DNA of 64,000 nucleotides. Origin: a virus. The translations under genes were made by a program, and so were the position numbers. Under the pieces are notes generated by a model. The model made no database searches. It was not told the origin of the DNA and saw nothing but the letters and a program-made list of their open reading frames with translations. Shown here piece after piece: positions 46,966 through 55,718 of this stretch (position 1 is the first letter of the stretch; the number at the start of each line of letters is the position of its first letter). The stretch spans positions 64,001 through 128,000 of IMG/VR virus record IMGVR_UViG_3300019776_000961. One strand, given 5' to 3'.

Positions 46966-47386
46966 TGATTTTTGATTTAATTAATTCGTCAATACCACTA
47001 AGACTTGTATCGGCAATAGGTTCTGTTACTAACACGGTTTCTGTTTGAACGTATACCCTTACCTGTTTTGAGCATGCATTGCATTTATAAACTGTAGGTT
47101 CGTTCAAGCGTAACGGTACAATTTCCTTTGTCTTTTGCGCGCATGGACATGTGACTTCAGCTACCTGATAAGAAAGCTCTTTTATTTTTTCATTTTCAAG
47201 CTTCTTAGCTTTTAGTATAGTATATGTTTCGAGTGAGTATACAAATACGTTATAGATACCATATTGTATAATAATACCAGCTATAGCACCGAGTATATAA
47301 TTAACTCCAAGAGTATGAAGTATTACAGCTATAACACCTGTTACTATAAACAGTAAGCTTAGCTGCACAAATAATTTGTTAAGCAT
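46952..47386 (-). CDS. Membrane-anchored protein with a putative zinc ribbon
   Basis: Two N-terminal hydrophobic segments, then CPC...CNAC. Confidence 0.6.
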   Translation of the reverse strand: MLNKLFVQLSLLFIVTGVIAVILHTLGVNYILGAIAGIIIQYGIYNVFVYSLETYTILKAKKLENEKIKELSYQVAEVTCPCAQKTKEIVPLRLNEPTVYKCNACSKQVRVYVQTETVLVTEPIADTSLSGIDELIKSKINEST

Positions 47387-47409
47387 TATACTATTTTAAT
47401 GTCAAGATA

Positions 47410-47796
47410 CTATCTTTCAACTCTTTTCTGTAAATCAACAAACATTTCGTTTATCTCTTGTGATGCACGTAAAAGAGCATTTATAACTGTTGTTACCTCG
47501 GCCTTTGTCTCAGGGTGTTCTTGAACAGTAGGATTTTTAAGAGCTGCTCTAAAGAGACCTAATGTATTAGAAAGTGAAATTGAAACTTCACCTAGAGCTG
47601 TTACAGCATTAGGAATAGGATATGGTAGAACAGGTTCTGCTTTTGCACCGTTAGGTGATTGTTCTGAATGTTCTTCATTCTTCTTAACAATATCTTTTAA
47701 GCTTACTTTCTGTGTGGCAAACTCACGAGCTGCCTGCCCTGATACCCACTTATTATAATAAGATGTGGCATCTTCAAATAAGATACGCTTTTTCAC
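47410..47796 (-). CDS. Late hypothetical protein
   Basis: GTG start 5 nt after TAAATA; N-terminus MKKRILFED. Confidence 0.7.
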   Translation of the reverse strand: MKKRILFEDATSYYNKWVSGQAAREFATQKVSLKDIVKKNEEHSEQSPNGAKAEPVLPYPIPNAVTALGEVSISLSNTLGLFRAALKNPTVQEHPETKAEVTTVINALLRASQEINEMFVDLQKRVER

Positions 47797-47801
47797 TAAA
47801 T

Positions 47802-47823
47802 TATTTAATTAAAGCAATAAATA
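47802..47823. promoter_or_regulatory. Back-to-back divergent late promoter boxes
   Basis: Minus-strand TAAATA (47802-47807), 5 nt, GTG at 47796; plus-strand TAAATA (47818-47823), 5 nt, ATG at 47829. Confidence 0.7.
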
Positions 47824-47828
47824 ATTAC

Positions 47829-48236
47829 ATGAATTTGTTTAGCAAAAAGTTTAAGTATGTGCTCGAAGCTGATGATACCGAGCAGCAGCAGCCAGCGCCA
47901 GAAACAGATCGCGATGCAATGGCTCAACAGCTTGATACAGCAAAGCCAGAAGATTTCGATGTACAGCAACAGTCAGAAAGACAGAAGCAAGTTGATCATA
48001 ATAAGCTCGCTCAAATACAGCAACTAAACGAATGGATTAAGCAAATTGATGCGTTTATTGAATTTTTAAATGGTACAACACAAGACTCTGTGCAGACAAA
48101 ATTACACGTAGCTCCCTGTGATACGCTTTTCGTTGATATTGCAAGAAGTGAGAAAAAGAAAATCTCAAGACTTGCAGCAGAACTCAGTTCCTTGAGTGAG
48201 TCCTTTAAGGGTTATCTAATTTCTGCTAACGACTAA
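47829..48236 (+). CDS. Late hypothetical protein
   Basis: True start MNLFSKKFKYVLEA at 47829, 5 nt after TAAATA; the 47712 start is over-extended. Confidence 0.7.
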   Translation: MNLFSKKFKYVLEADDTEQQQPAPETDRDAMAQQLDTAKPEDFDVQQQSERQKQVDHNKLAQIQQLNEWIKQIDAFIEFLNGTTQDSVQTKLHVAPCDTLFVDIARSEKKKISRLAAELSSLSESFKGYLISAND

Positions 48237-49266
48237 TACCCGATAGCATTAATTTAGCTTTTAGGCCTGTATAACTATTCTTTATAAAGAATTCAGGTTC
48301 TATAAAATCTCTACCTACTGCTAAACACAAATCGTTTATATCTTTAAACTTTTTACCAACCTTTTCAGGCCATATAAACACTGTTTCGCCTGTCTCTATT
48401 AGCTTGATAGTCTTCTCTCTACTAGCCTTATCTAGCCACTGACTGTCTAGAACCCATATCTTTTCATACAATCTAAACGTCGCTAATTGTTCTTCCTGTA
48501 AAGTTGTAAAGTTCTTATTACTGCGTTCTTGTATACCTGCTACCGCTGTACCATTTTGTACAAAGAAAGCATCAATAGGGCCTTCAAAAATAAAAATATA
48601 ATCAAGGTCAGGTGTTATTTTATTAAGGTTAAATAGAGCTCGCTCTCCGTTTACTTTACCGAGATACTTTGGATATAGTTTTGTATCTCTTTCATAGATA
48701 GCTCTTGATTGATAGAATACGATATCACCGTGTTCATTATAAAAGGGTATAATAATGCGGTTTTTATGTATTTTATCAGTAAGTGATAACCAAAGAGTAT
48801 CTGGTTTATTAATTGCATGATTCATTCGTCTTCTACTGATTAAAGATAATGCATCCTGAACCACTGTATTATCTTTATAATAGCTAACCTGATTTTCATC
48901 AAAAAGATTAATACAATCAAGAGGTAAGCTGTGAGGATTAACAGTAACAGCAGGTATGTTTTGCTGCTGCTCCTGCATAAGATCAAGAGGTAGTATATCA
49001 TACTGGCTTACCTCTTTATATATTTCAGCAGGTGTTTGACCTGATACTTGCTTAATCCAATTAAATGGAGAACTAAACCACCCACAATTATGACAGCAAA
49101 TCACACCGTCACTTACAATAAAATAACAACGCTTCTTTTTACCCCATGACCTGCCTTCACGGCAAATTGGACAACTCGCCTCATATACGTTGGATAGCTT
49201 TTTAAATTTAGGAAACCCTGCGTACTGATAGAATTTTTGTACAATATAATCTTGCGGGAGTATCAC
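48226..49266 (-). CDS. gp61: DNA primase, T4 gp61-like
   Basis: Zinc finger CPIC...CHNCG; RIIIPFYN, QSRA and TOPRIM IFEGPIDA. Confidence 0.93.
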   Translation of the reverse strand: MILPQDYIVQKFYQYAGFPKFKKLSNVYEASCPICREGRSWGKKKRCYFIVSDGVICCHNCGWFSSPFNWIKQVSGQTPAEIYKEVSQYDILPLDLMQEQQQNIPAVTVNPHSLPLDCINLFDENQVSYYKDNTVVQDALSLISRRRMNHAINKPDTLWLSLTDKIHKNRIIIPFYNEHGDIVFYQSRAIYERDTKLYPKYLGKVNGERALFNLNKITPDLDYIFIFEGPIDAFFVQNGTAVAGIQERSNKNFTTLQEEQLATFRLYEKIWVLDSQWLDKASREKTIKLIETGETVFIWPEKVGKKFKDINDLCLAVGRDFIEPEFFIKNSYTGLKAKLMLSGISR

Positions 49267-49303
49267 TACTATAGTGTAGTATACTAGTTAGAGGAAAACA
49301 AGA

Positions 49304-49489
49304 TTATTTCTCTGGCTGTCTGAGATCTCTAACTGATACTACACCCTTTCTTATAAACGCACCAGAGGCAGGATCCGTATAATGAGCTTCTGTAATCTCC
49401 TTACCATCTCTAATATACTTTGAGATAGTGGGACGCACAGGCTGACCACTAATAGGCGATTGAATAATTTTTGGCTGAATAAAGTCCAT
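49304..49489 (-). CDS. Hypothetical protein
   Basis: Start MDFIQP at 49489; beta-rich (SPISGQPV...HYTDPASG). Confidence 0.6.
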   Translation of the reverse strand: MDFIQPKIIQSPISGQPVRPTISKYIRDGKEITEAHYTDPASGAFIRKGVVSVRDLRQPEK

Positions 49490-49503
49490 GTTATTACTTA
49501 TGA

Positions 49504-49791
49504 CTATGTTGATGGATTTGCTATGCTTTTTGCATGTTGCTTTAAACACACTGCATATACGTCTTTTGGTATCTTTTGTACAACTTCAACAATATGTTCT
49601 TTAAGAGCAAAATTAAATTTATCTTTTGGAATAATTCGATTTTGCATATCAGGCAGAGTAAGGAAACATAAATCATTTCCGTCGTTCTTTGCTAATACAA
49701 GTAACTCCCCTAGATACTTACCACCAGTTACAGCATAAACATACCGAGGCTTAGGATGTCTATTTGTAATCTTAGTTATTATATCCGCCAT
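49504..49791 (-). CDS. Hypothetical protein
   Basis: Likely start MADII at 49791; YVYAVTGGKYLGELLV. Confidence 0.6.
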   Translation of the reverse strand: MADIITKITNRHPKPRYVYAVTGGKYLGELLVLAKNDGNDLCFLTLPDMQNRIIPKDKFNFALKEHIVEVVQKIPKDVYAVCLKQHAKSIANPST

Positions 49792-50122
49792 TTTCGTCAT
49801 CATCTTTTGCAATCGAATTTTGAAAAAACTTATTGACCAATGTGGCGAGAGAATCGGCTTGTTGCTGATTATGTGCGCAAATATACTGTACAGGTTGCCC
49901 TTCAAACGTATAGCCGAGAAGAATAAAGCTATTAAGAAATTCCTCTACAACACCAATTAATGCCTCATAGTTGTTACGTGTGCTATTTTTCTCGTTAAGC
50001 TTTTCTTTTAGATAAGCAACGAGAGCACTCTGTATCATTTCTTTTGTAGAAGAATCAGAATTAGGTACAAATGATTCATCTGTCTTATTCTGTTCATTCG
50101 GAATTTTCTTGTCCTTCATCAT
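49772..50122 (-). CDS. Hypothetical protein
   Basis: 116 aa; TAAATA lies 3 and 6 nt before two tandem ATG codons. Confidence 0.65.
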   Translation of the reverse strand: MMKDKKIPNEQNKTDESFVPNSDSSTKEMIQSALVAYLKEKLNEKNSTRNNYEALIGVVEEFLNSFILLGYTFEGQPVQYICAHNQQQADSLATLVNKFFQNSIAKDDDENGGYNN

Positions 50123-50483
50123 GATTATTTAATCTTTTTGACATATAGCGGTTACGCCCATGGTAATTGCTATCATTACTAACACCATGAGTAATTAGAT
50201 AATCAATAATAACCTCAATACTAGAAGTACTAATGCAAAGATTTTTCTGCATATTGTAACCGCCGTCATTTAATTCAAAAACTACGTCCCCGAGAGCTTC
50301 CTTATTATTGTAACAAGTTATCATAACAGAACGTTCACTAGGATTAACCATAACAGTCCAACGACGTGAGTCTGCCTTGCCATAGACAGAGAATAGCTTT
50401 ATTACGATAAAGCCATTATCACGCAAGCGCTTTATAAAATAACTTGGTGTTTTAAGTTTATTACGGCTAATTTGTGTTTTCAT
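50094..50483 (-). CDS. Hypothetical protein
   Basis: 129 aa, directly downstream of the clamp gene. Confidence 0.65.
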   Translation of the reverse strand: MKTQISRNKLKTPSYFIKRLRDNGFIVIKLFSVYGKADSRRWTVMVNPSERSVMITCYNNKEALGDVVFELNDGGYNMQKNLCISTSSIEVIIDYLITHGVSNDSNYHGRNRYMSKRLNNHDEGQENSE

Positions 50484-50488
50484 ATAAA

Positions 50489-51220
50489 TTAATTTGCAAG
50501 AGCTGAAAGAATAAACCGCACATCAGCTTTACCGAGCTGCATATTTAAAATGATTACCCCCATCGAAGAAACTAGCTTTCCTTTTACGGTATTAAATTTC
50601 ATAGAAGAAATTATTCTAAATATTTCAAAGTTCAAGGGTATTGCATTGGTAAACTTATTACCGGTATAGGTTTCTGTTAACTTTAACCCATAAGAGTCAG
50701 TATTAGCTCTCGCTCTATCTGTCAACTCACCAAATAAACAATCATCTTTTATAGTGAGATAAATCTTATTTGCATCCGTAGCAATAGTACTACCTTTGAT
50801 AAGAGCAATTACTGCATTATGTGTGAAGCTAAATTCGCCATCAAATGTTAACTTATCAAGCTTAGCTAGGTTCAGCTTAGGTACAGAGATAATATTATCA
50901 TCGTAAAGATGGTATTTAAATCTTATTGTCTTTGATTCGTAGCTAATATTATTAGAAGATATATTAAGATCAAATGCTTTTTCCTCTATGCATTGAAGAA
51001 CTCTACATAATTTCTTTACATCAGGTATATTAAGCTTTGTCTCAGTATTGATTGCTTCATCAGTATAAACAGCTTCAACAATAACCGTGTTATCATTTGT
51101 AGCAATTAACGTTCTAATAGAACCTTTCTTTATTTCTAATACTACACTATCAACAACCTTACTTATAGGTGTTAAAAAGTTATTAAGTATATCATCCTTA
51201 TCTGTAATAGTTAAAGTCAT
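50489..51220 (-). CDS. gp45: Sliding clamp, T4 gp45-like
   Basis: About 243 aa with an alternating alpha/beta pattern (LNIPDVKKL...IRFKYHLYDDNIISVP, IFRII...KLVSSMG); in the replication module. Confidence 0.75.
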   Translation of the reverse strand: MTLTITDKDDILNNFLTPISKVVDSVVLEIKKGSIRTLIATNDNTVIVEAVYTDEAINTETKLNIPDVKKLCRVLQCIEEKAFDLNISSNNISYESKTIRFKYHLYDDNIISVPKLNLAKLDKLTFDGEFSFTHNAVIALIKGSTIATDANKIYLTIKDDCLFGELTDRARANTDSYGLKLTETYTGNKFTNAIPLNFEIFRIISSMKFNTVKGKLVSSMGVIILNMQLGKADVRFILSALAN

Positions 51221-51227
51221 CACAATA

Positions 51228-51255
51228 ATGATATACTCATTACTCGCTTAAACAA
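51228..51255 (-). promoter_or_regulatory. Sigma70-like early promoter (clamp)
   Basis: TTGTTT-N16-TATCAT, then 7 nt, then ATG at 51220. Confidence 0.5.
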
Positions 51256-51263
51256 GCGGTAAA

Positions 51264-51764
51264 TCAATCCTTTTTTTTAGTATGATTCAAAAATGAATCA
51301 ATCTTTTCCTCAAAGCGCTTAATGTCACTTTGAAGATCAGCGATTACAAGAAGTCTGTCTTCAATGCGCTTTAATGCATCAAATACTTCAACTGTATATG
51401 GACTCGAATTAAAATTAAATTCAAGTTGATCTTTATCAAGAGCTGGTTCAACCTGTACAGGTGCTTGCTGCTGTACTATAACAGGCTCGAGTAAAGGTAA
51501 AGCAGGTTGTGGTACAGGAATAGGTTGCAGCACATGTTGAACATGTGTCTCCTGTACAGTAGGTGCAGGCGTTACGTTATTAGGTAACGCCTGAGCAACT
51601 GACTTTAAAACGTTCTCAGGCCTGATAGTCATACCATTAAGAGTTTGATTTCTAGATACAAGATTACTCTCAAGCATCTTTAAATCACCTGTTAGGTGCT
51701 GACCCATGAATTGAAGCACAGCGAACTGTGCTTCTTCAGGTGTAGGCTCTCTAAACGTATCCAT
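51264..51764 (-). CDS. Hypothetical protein with a Pro/Gln-rich linker
   Basis: 166 aa between ssb and the clamp gene; C-terminal coiled coil. Confidence 0.7.
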   Translation of the reverse strand: MDTFREPTPEEAQFAVLQFMGQHLTGDLKMLESNLVSRNQTLNGMTIRPENVLKSVAQALPNNVTPAPTVQETHVQHVLQPIPVPQPALPLLEPVIVQQQAPVQVEPALDKDQLEFNFNSSPYTVEVFDALKRIEDRLLVIADLQSDIKRFEEKIDSFLNHTKKKD

Positions 51765-51766
51765 GT

Positions 51767-52636
51767 TTATTCGTCAAGACCAGCGAGCAAGTCTTCAATA
51801 GACTCATCAACCGTTGATTTAGGAGCAGGTTCTGCAGCCTTCTCCTGACGAGGTGCAGGGGCAGGAACTGCACTCTTTACTGCTGCGAGTACCGGATCTG
51901 CTGTCTCTGTCTCCTCTACATCCTTCTTGCAATGGTAGTGAGTATCGAGGATTTCTTTGATCTCATCGTAAGACTTACATGTTACATATGATTCGAGATC
52001 AAATGCACTATCAAGAACCTTATCATAATCATCCTCATCAAGGCCTTCAATCTCCTTAGGAAGAGCAAACTTAGATGAAACATAGGTTGGATAATCACCC
52101 TGCTTCTCAACCTTAATACGGAAGTTACAACCCTTAGGAGATAGATCAAAGATACGTGGGCCGAAATCTACTGACTCTTCACCTGTAATCGCATCGACGA
52201 TAATCTTGTGTAGCTGCTTACCATAACGTAGAATCTTTACGGTACCATTATTCTCAGGATTAACAGGATCATTGACTACGTAAACATTGGCAAGCCAATT
52301 CTCACGACGGATAAGAGCTGAGGCTTTTGCCTTCTCTTCTTCAGTTCCATTACGTCTGACACGATAGCTCTCCTCTGCAATAGGGTCGCGCTGATTCCAA
52401 GTAGCGGGGCTTACAACAGTGGTAAGCTGTCCGTTTGCATGACTATTCCAGGTATAGGAATAATAATGGAAAAACGTCTTATCGGGGTTCTTCTTAAAAG
52501 GAAGAAGACGTACGGTGTAGGTATTACCAGCAGCTGTACGGAGGTAGTCCTTAAATTTAGAAGACTGCGCCTCGTTCTGCTTGGTGAGTGCGGATTTGAT
52601 ACTTTCGAACATATTAGATGTGAATGCGGTTGTCAT
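51767..52636 (-). CDS. gp32: Single-stranded DNA-binding protein, T4 gp32-like
   Basis: TVRLLP, WLANVYVVNDP.NPENNG.VKI..YGKQL, FDL...GCNFRIK...YPTY..SKF and an acidic tail ending IEDLLAGLDE. Confidence 0.92.
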   Translation of the reverse strand: MTTAFTSNMFESIKSALTKQNEAQSSKFKDYLRTAAGNTYTVRLLPFKKNPDKTFFHYYSYTWNSHANGQLTTVVSPATWNQRDPIAEESYRVRRNGTEEEKAKASALIRRENWLANVYVVNDPVNPENNGTVKILRYGKQLHKIIVDAITGEESVDFGPRIFDLSPKGCNFRIKVEKQGDYPTYVSSKFALPKEIEGLDEDDYDKVLDSAFDLESYVTCKSYDEIKEILDTHYHCKKDVEETETADPVLAAVKSAVPAPAPRQEKAAEPAPKSTVDESIEDLLAGLDE

Positions 52637-52664
52637 AATTAGTTATTTGTGATGTTATATTTTG

Positions 52665-53345
52665 CTAGGGTTGAATGCAAGTGTTTTGTTGTAATTTAGT
52701 TTGTATTTTTTGTAGACCTTGCGATACCAGTAAGGATGCTTTCTTAGAGGCAAATAGTTTTGTTCTCAAAGAATCTATCTGATTGTAGAGGTCATCTCCT
52801 ATTATAAAACGAATTGTTTCTAAATCAAGCTGAAAAGCTTCTTTTCCAAAAGATCTAAATCCGAAAAGAGTGTATATGTTGATATTATGCTCCTTAAGAT
52901 GAAGAAGGAAGGAAGGTGTGATACCTGTCATGTGTTCTAAATACTTGTCAAGGGTCAAATTATTCTCGCGACAAAACGAAAGTATAAACTGTAATGATGA
53001 CTGTATGTTTAGCAGCTGTTCATTACTATCAGGGTCGAGAGTAAGCAGCTTTTTTTGATATAATGTATAGGCTTTAACCGCTTTAAGAGAATTATAATAG
53101 CTGAGATCAAAATAATTTTCATCTGCATATAATGAATACGGTGCAATGAGGAATTCCTCAGGTTTTATGTGTTTAAACCGAGAAAAGAACAAAGACAGTT
53201 TTTTTAGCTGTAATAACTTTTCCGCATCTAAATTATTAAAATCCTTCCTATACTTGAAAGGTTGATTCAAGCGCTGACGAGATGTTCGTAAATGAATATT
53301 GTACAGATTCTTCTCAAAATCAGTCAATTCCTCAATATCTGGCAT
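52665..53345 (-). CDS. Possible helicase loader, gp59-like
   Basis: 226-aa helical protein between gp41 and gp32; PSFLLHLKEHNINIYTL aligns by eye with the gp59 C-terminal domain. Confidence 0.45.
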   Translation of the reverse strand: MPDIEELTDFEKNLYNIHLRTSRQRLNQPFKYRKDFNNLDAEKLLQLKKLSLFFSRFKHIKPEEFLIAPYSLYADENYFDLSYYNSLKAVKAYTLYQKKLLTLDPDSNEQLLNIQSSLQFILSFCRENNLTLDKYLEHMTGITPSFLLHLKEHNINIYTLFGFRSFGKEAFQLDLETIRFIIGDDLYNQIDSLRTKLFASKKASLLVSQGLQKIQTKLQQNTCIQP

Positions 53346-53347
53346 TT

Positions 53348-53635
53348 TTAAATTATAATCTTCTTTTTTGAATTATTCAAGAACTTCATTACATATTTGC
53401 TCTTATAAAGGCTCGGATCATATTTTAAAAATGTCTGCACTACTGTGAAATCACTAGGAATATCACAGTATATTTTAAAAAACGAACGTAATTCTTTATT
53501 TTGTAGTAGAAGTAAAAAAATGTTGGCGATGTTGAGCTTTTTAGCACTCGTAAGGGTTGCAAAGGAGCAAAACGAAAGAAACAAATGGTTTAATTCATAC
53601 TCTTGAAGTGTATGATCTCTGTCTTCTATGTTCAT
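53348..53635 (-). CDS. Hypothetical protein
   Basis: 95 aa downstream of the helicase; own promoter and a start-codon hairpin. Confidence 0.65.
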   Translation of the reverse strand: MNIEDRDHTLQEYELNHLFLSFCSFATLTSAKKLNIANIFLLLLQNKELRSFFKIYCDIPSDFTVVQTFLKYDPSLYKSKYVMKFLNNSKKKIII

Positions 53636-53651
53636 TAGTCTTACGACTAAT
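53634..53651 (-). promoter_or_regulatory. GNRA-capped hairpin covering the AU of a start codon
   Basis: AUUAGUC[GUAA]GACUAAU-G. Confidence 0.5.
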
Positions 53652-53675
53652 TAATGCTAAATATAAAGAAGTCAA
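53648..53675 (-). promoter_or_regulatory. Sigma70-like promoter overlapping a start-codon hairpin
   Basis: TTGACT-N16-TAATTA, then 12 nt, then ATG at 53635. Confidence 0.45.
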
Positions 53676-53680
53676 CACCT

Positions 53681-55003
53681 TTACTGTGAGAGAGTTGAGA
53701 GCAGATTGGCAGACGATGAGCTTGCAGCTGTATCGTTGATATGCTCATCTTCAGTGATGGAAAGCGTAGAATAGTCGATTCTCATAAGACAATTACCAAA
53801 CGCAGCACCGAAGCGATTCTTCATTGCACCCATGCGAATAATTCCGAGCTCCCTATCTGTATCCTCTTGCCATATGCTCATAATGACGTCAGCAGTCTGT
53901 GCAAGACCGATGGATTCTGAGATAGTATTCATGCCTGGCTCAGAAACCGAGTAGCCTGATCGGTTGAGCTGTGTTGCTGTAATAACCGGGCAACTAAACT
54001 CGTAACTCAATGCTCGTAGCTGCTCTGTCGCGTGCTTGACTCTTTCGTAACTATTGGTGCCAATCGGTGAATTAAGCAGATTTACATAGTCTACCACAAT
54101 TGCATCGAATTTATGTCCGGCATTTTTTAATTTCTTAATATAAGATTTTAAGAAGAGAGGTGTTATAGTTGAGGGAGGAAATTCCTTAATCAGAATTTGT
54201 GCATTAGGGTTATCAGAATGGTATTCCTCAAGCTGATTCTTAAGAGTCAGTACTTCTGACTTGAGCTTACTGAGAGGAATTTTTGTAATGCTTGAACTCA
54301 GACGCTGAGCGTAAATTAACTCAGGCATTTCAAGAGACACAAGAAGCACACTCTTACCCTGATTAGCGATATTTGTGGCAATATTTCCTAAAAATATACT
54401 TTTTCCAATGTTTGTTTCGCCAGTAAAAATATACATTGCTCGACCACTCTCAAGAAAGCCTCCACCAATTTTTTCATCCAGCCAACTCCATCCTGTGGAG
54501 ATGTGCCTGTGTTCAGAATTAATACTTTCTACCAGTGGATCAACATCTTCGAACAGATTTAAGCCTGTTTCAGTAGTGAGTGAGATATTACATGCAGACT
54601 CAAACTTCTCTAGTACAACAGATGTGTTGACAGTGTTTTTGTTAATGTCATCTACAACTTCCATCATTGTATGGAAGATAGCTTTTTCCTTCAAAAACGT
54701 CTCGGTATTTGCAAAAAGCTCGTCATTATTGAATTTTTTATCTAAATCGGTAAAACTCTTAACAACAGTAGTAAAGGAGGCTTTAAGCTCTGCAGAGGTG
54801 AGGTGTGACTTTACCTCAGTAAGGGTTGGCACTGTACCACGTGCCTCAAAAAACTCCTTTATAATAAGAAAAACTGCTTTGATATCCTTATTTTTGAAGT
54901 ATATAGGCTTTATGTAATCAACGATTGACGATAGGTATGATTCATCGGTAATCGCTTTATACGCGATAATATTTTCAAAAAAATCTAAATCGAGCTTGGA
55001 CAT
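53681..55003 (-). CDS. gp41: Replicative DNA helicase, gp41/DnaB-like
   Basis: GETNIGKS (Walker A), SLEM, VVDYVNLL, TATQLNRSG, SESIG and KNRFG. Confidence 0.95.
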   Translation of the reverse strand: MSKLDLDFFENIIAYKAITDESYLSSIVDYIKPIYFKNKDIKAVFLIIKEFFEARGTVPTLTEVKSHLTSAELKASFTTVVKSFTDLDKKFNNDELFANTETFLKEKAIFHTMMEVVDDINKNTVNTSVVLEKFESACNISLTTETGLNLFEDVDPLVESINSEHRHISTGWSWLDEKIGGGFLESGRAMYIFTGETNIGKSIFLGNIATNIANQGKSVLLVSLEMPELIYAQRLSSSITKIPLSKLKSEVLTLKNQLEEYHSDNPNAQILIKEFPPSTITPLFLKSYIKKLKNAGHKFDAIVVDYVNLLNSPIGTNSYERVKHATEQLRALSYEFSCPVITATQLNRSGYSVSEPGMNTISESIGLAQTADVIMSIWQEDTDRELGIIRMGAMKNRFGAAFGNCLMRIDYSTLSITEDEHINDTAASSSSANLLSTLSQ

Positions 55004-55013
55004 TTATTAACCG

Positions 55014-55041
55014 AGTATACTAGCAAAAATTCTTATTTCAA
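55014..55041 (-). promoter_or_regulatory. Sigma70-like early promoter (helicase)
   Basis: TTGAAA-N16-TATACT, then 10 nt, then ATG at 55003. Confidence 0.6.
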
Positions 55042-55718
55042 TAGGTTTTATACTCATTTAGAAAAATACTCTGACTTTCGAGAAATGATGTATCATCAAA
55101 TGATTTTAACCCTGGAGATCTATGATTAATATGAATGTTTGCAACGCCAAGCTTAAGCTTAAGTTTGTTAGCATCCAGGCAACTTGCAATATCATAGTGG
55201 TGGAATTTGTAATTTTCGTTAAATTTCCATCCCGTCCGTCTCACGCTTTCCATTTTTACAGAAAGTAAAACACCATCGAGAATCGCTACACGAGCAGGCG
55301 CATAACCGAAATTTGTTATTGCAGTCAAGGTGTCATTTAAGTAGTGACCTGCTGCACCTCTTAGGTTTGGACCAAAACCTCCACACATAATATGCCAAAG
55401 TGCAGGAGCTTTAATGATAGGATTCAATCCACCTGCTACTCCGACAATGTCATATGTATTATGCGCTTCAATAAGCTTGGGTATAAATAGACCATCATCA
55501 ATAGAAACATCATCATGCACAAAAACCATAATGTCAGATTCAGTATTCTCGCTCATAGCCTTATTATAGCATGTTGAAAGACCGTCCTTGTTTGATGTAA
55601 AGACGCGAACGTAATCGGGTATTACCTTTACGTACTCTTTAATAGTGTTTAAGCTCTTAACGAGTAATGTATTTTCGGCTGTTTCTTCCTGTGAACAAGA
55701 GATGATTGCAATTTTCAT
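55038..55718 (-). CDS. Glycosyltransferase, GT-A / GT2-like
   Basis: YNKAM...IMVFVHDDV (DxD-like), LDGVLL and FHHYDIASCL; ATGA-coupled to the upstream amidotransferase gene. Confidence 0.75.
   Translation of the reverse strand: MKIAIISCSQEETAENTLLVKSLNTIKEYVKVIPDYVRVFTSNKDGLSTCYNKAMSENTESDIMVFVHDDVSIDDGLFIPKLIEAHNTYDIVGVAGGLNPIIKAPALWHIMCGGFGPNLRGAAGHYLNDTLTAITNFGYAPARVAILDGVLLSVKMESVRRTGWKFNENYKFHHYDIASCLDANKLKLKLGVANIHINHRSPGLKSFDDTSFLESQSIFLNEYKTY

Noticed and set aside
47384-47406. TTGACA...TATAAT upstream of the membrane zinc-ribbon gene
   Set aside because: The spacer is only 9 nt and the -10 hexamer overlaps the start codon; not a plausible promoter.
54375-54917. Long antisense ORFs inside helicase, sheath, polymerase, uvsX and the 1213-aa gene (e.g. 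54375..54917, 38856..39383, 61175..61480, 56440..56862)
   Set aside because: They lie wholly opposite well-supported genes and are explained by codon bias; no promoter or motif support.
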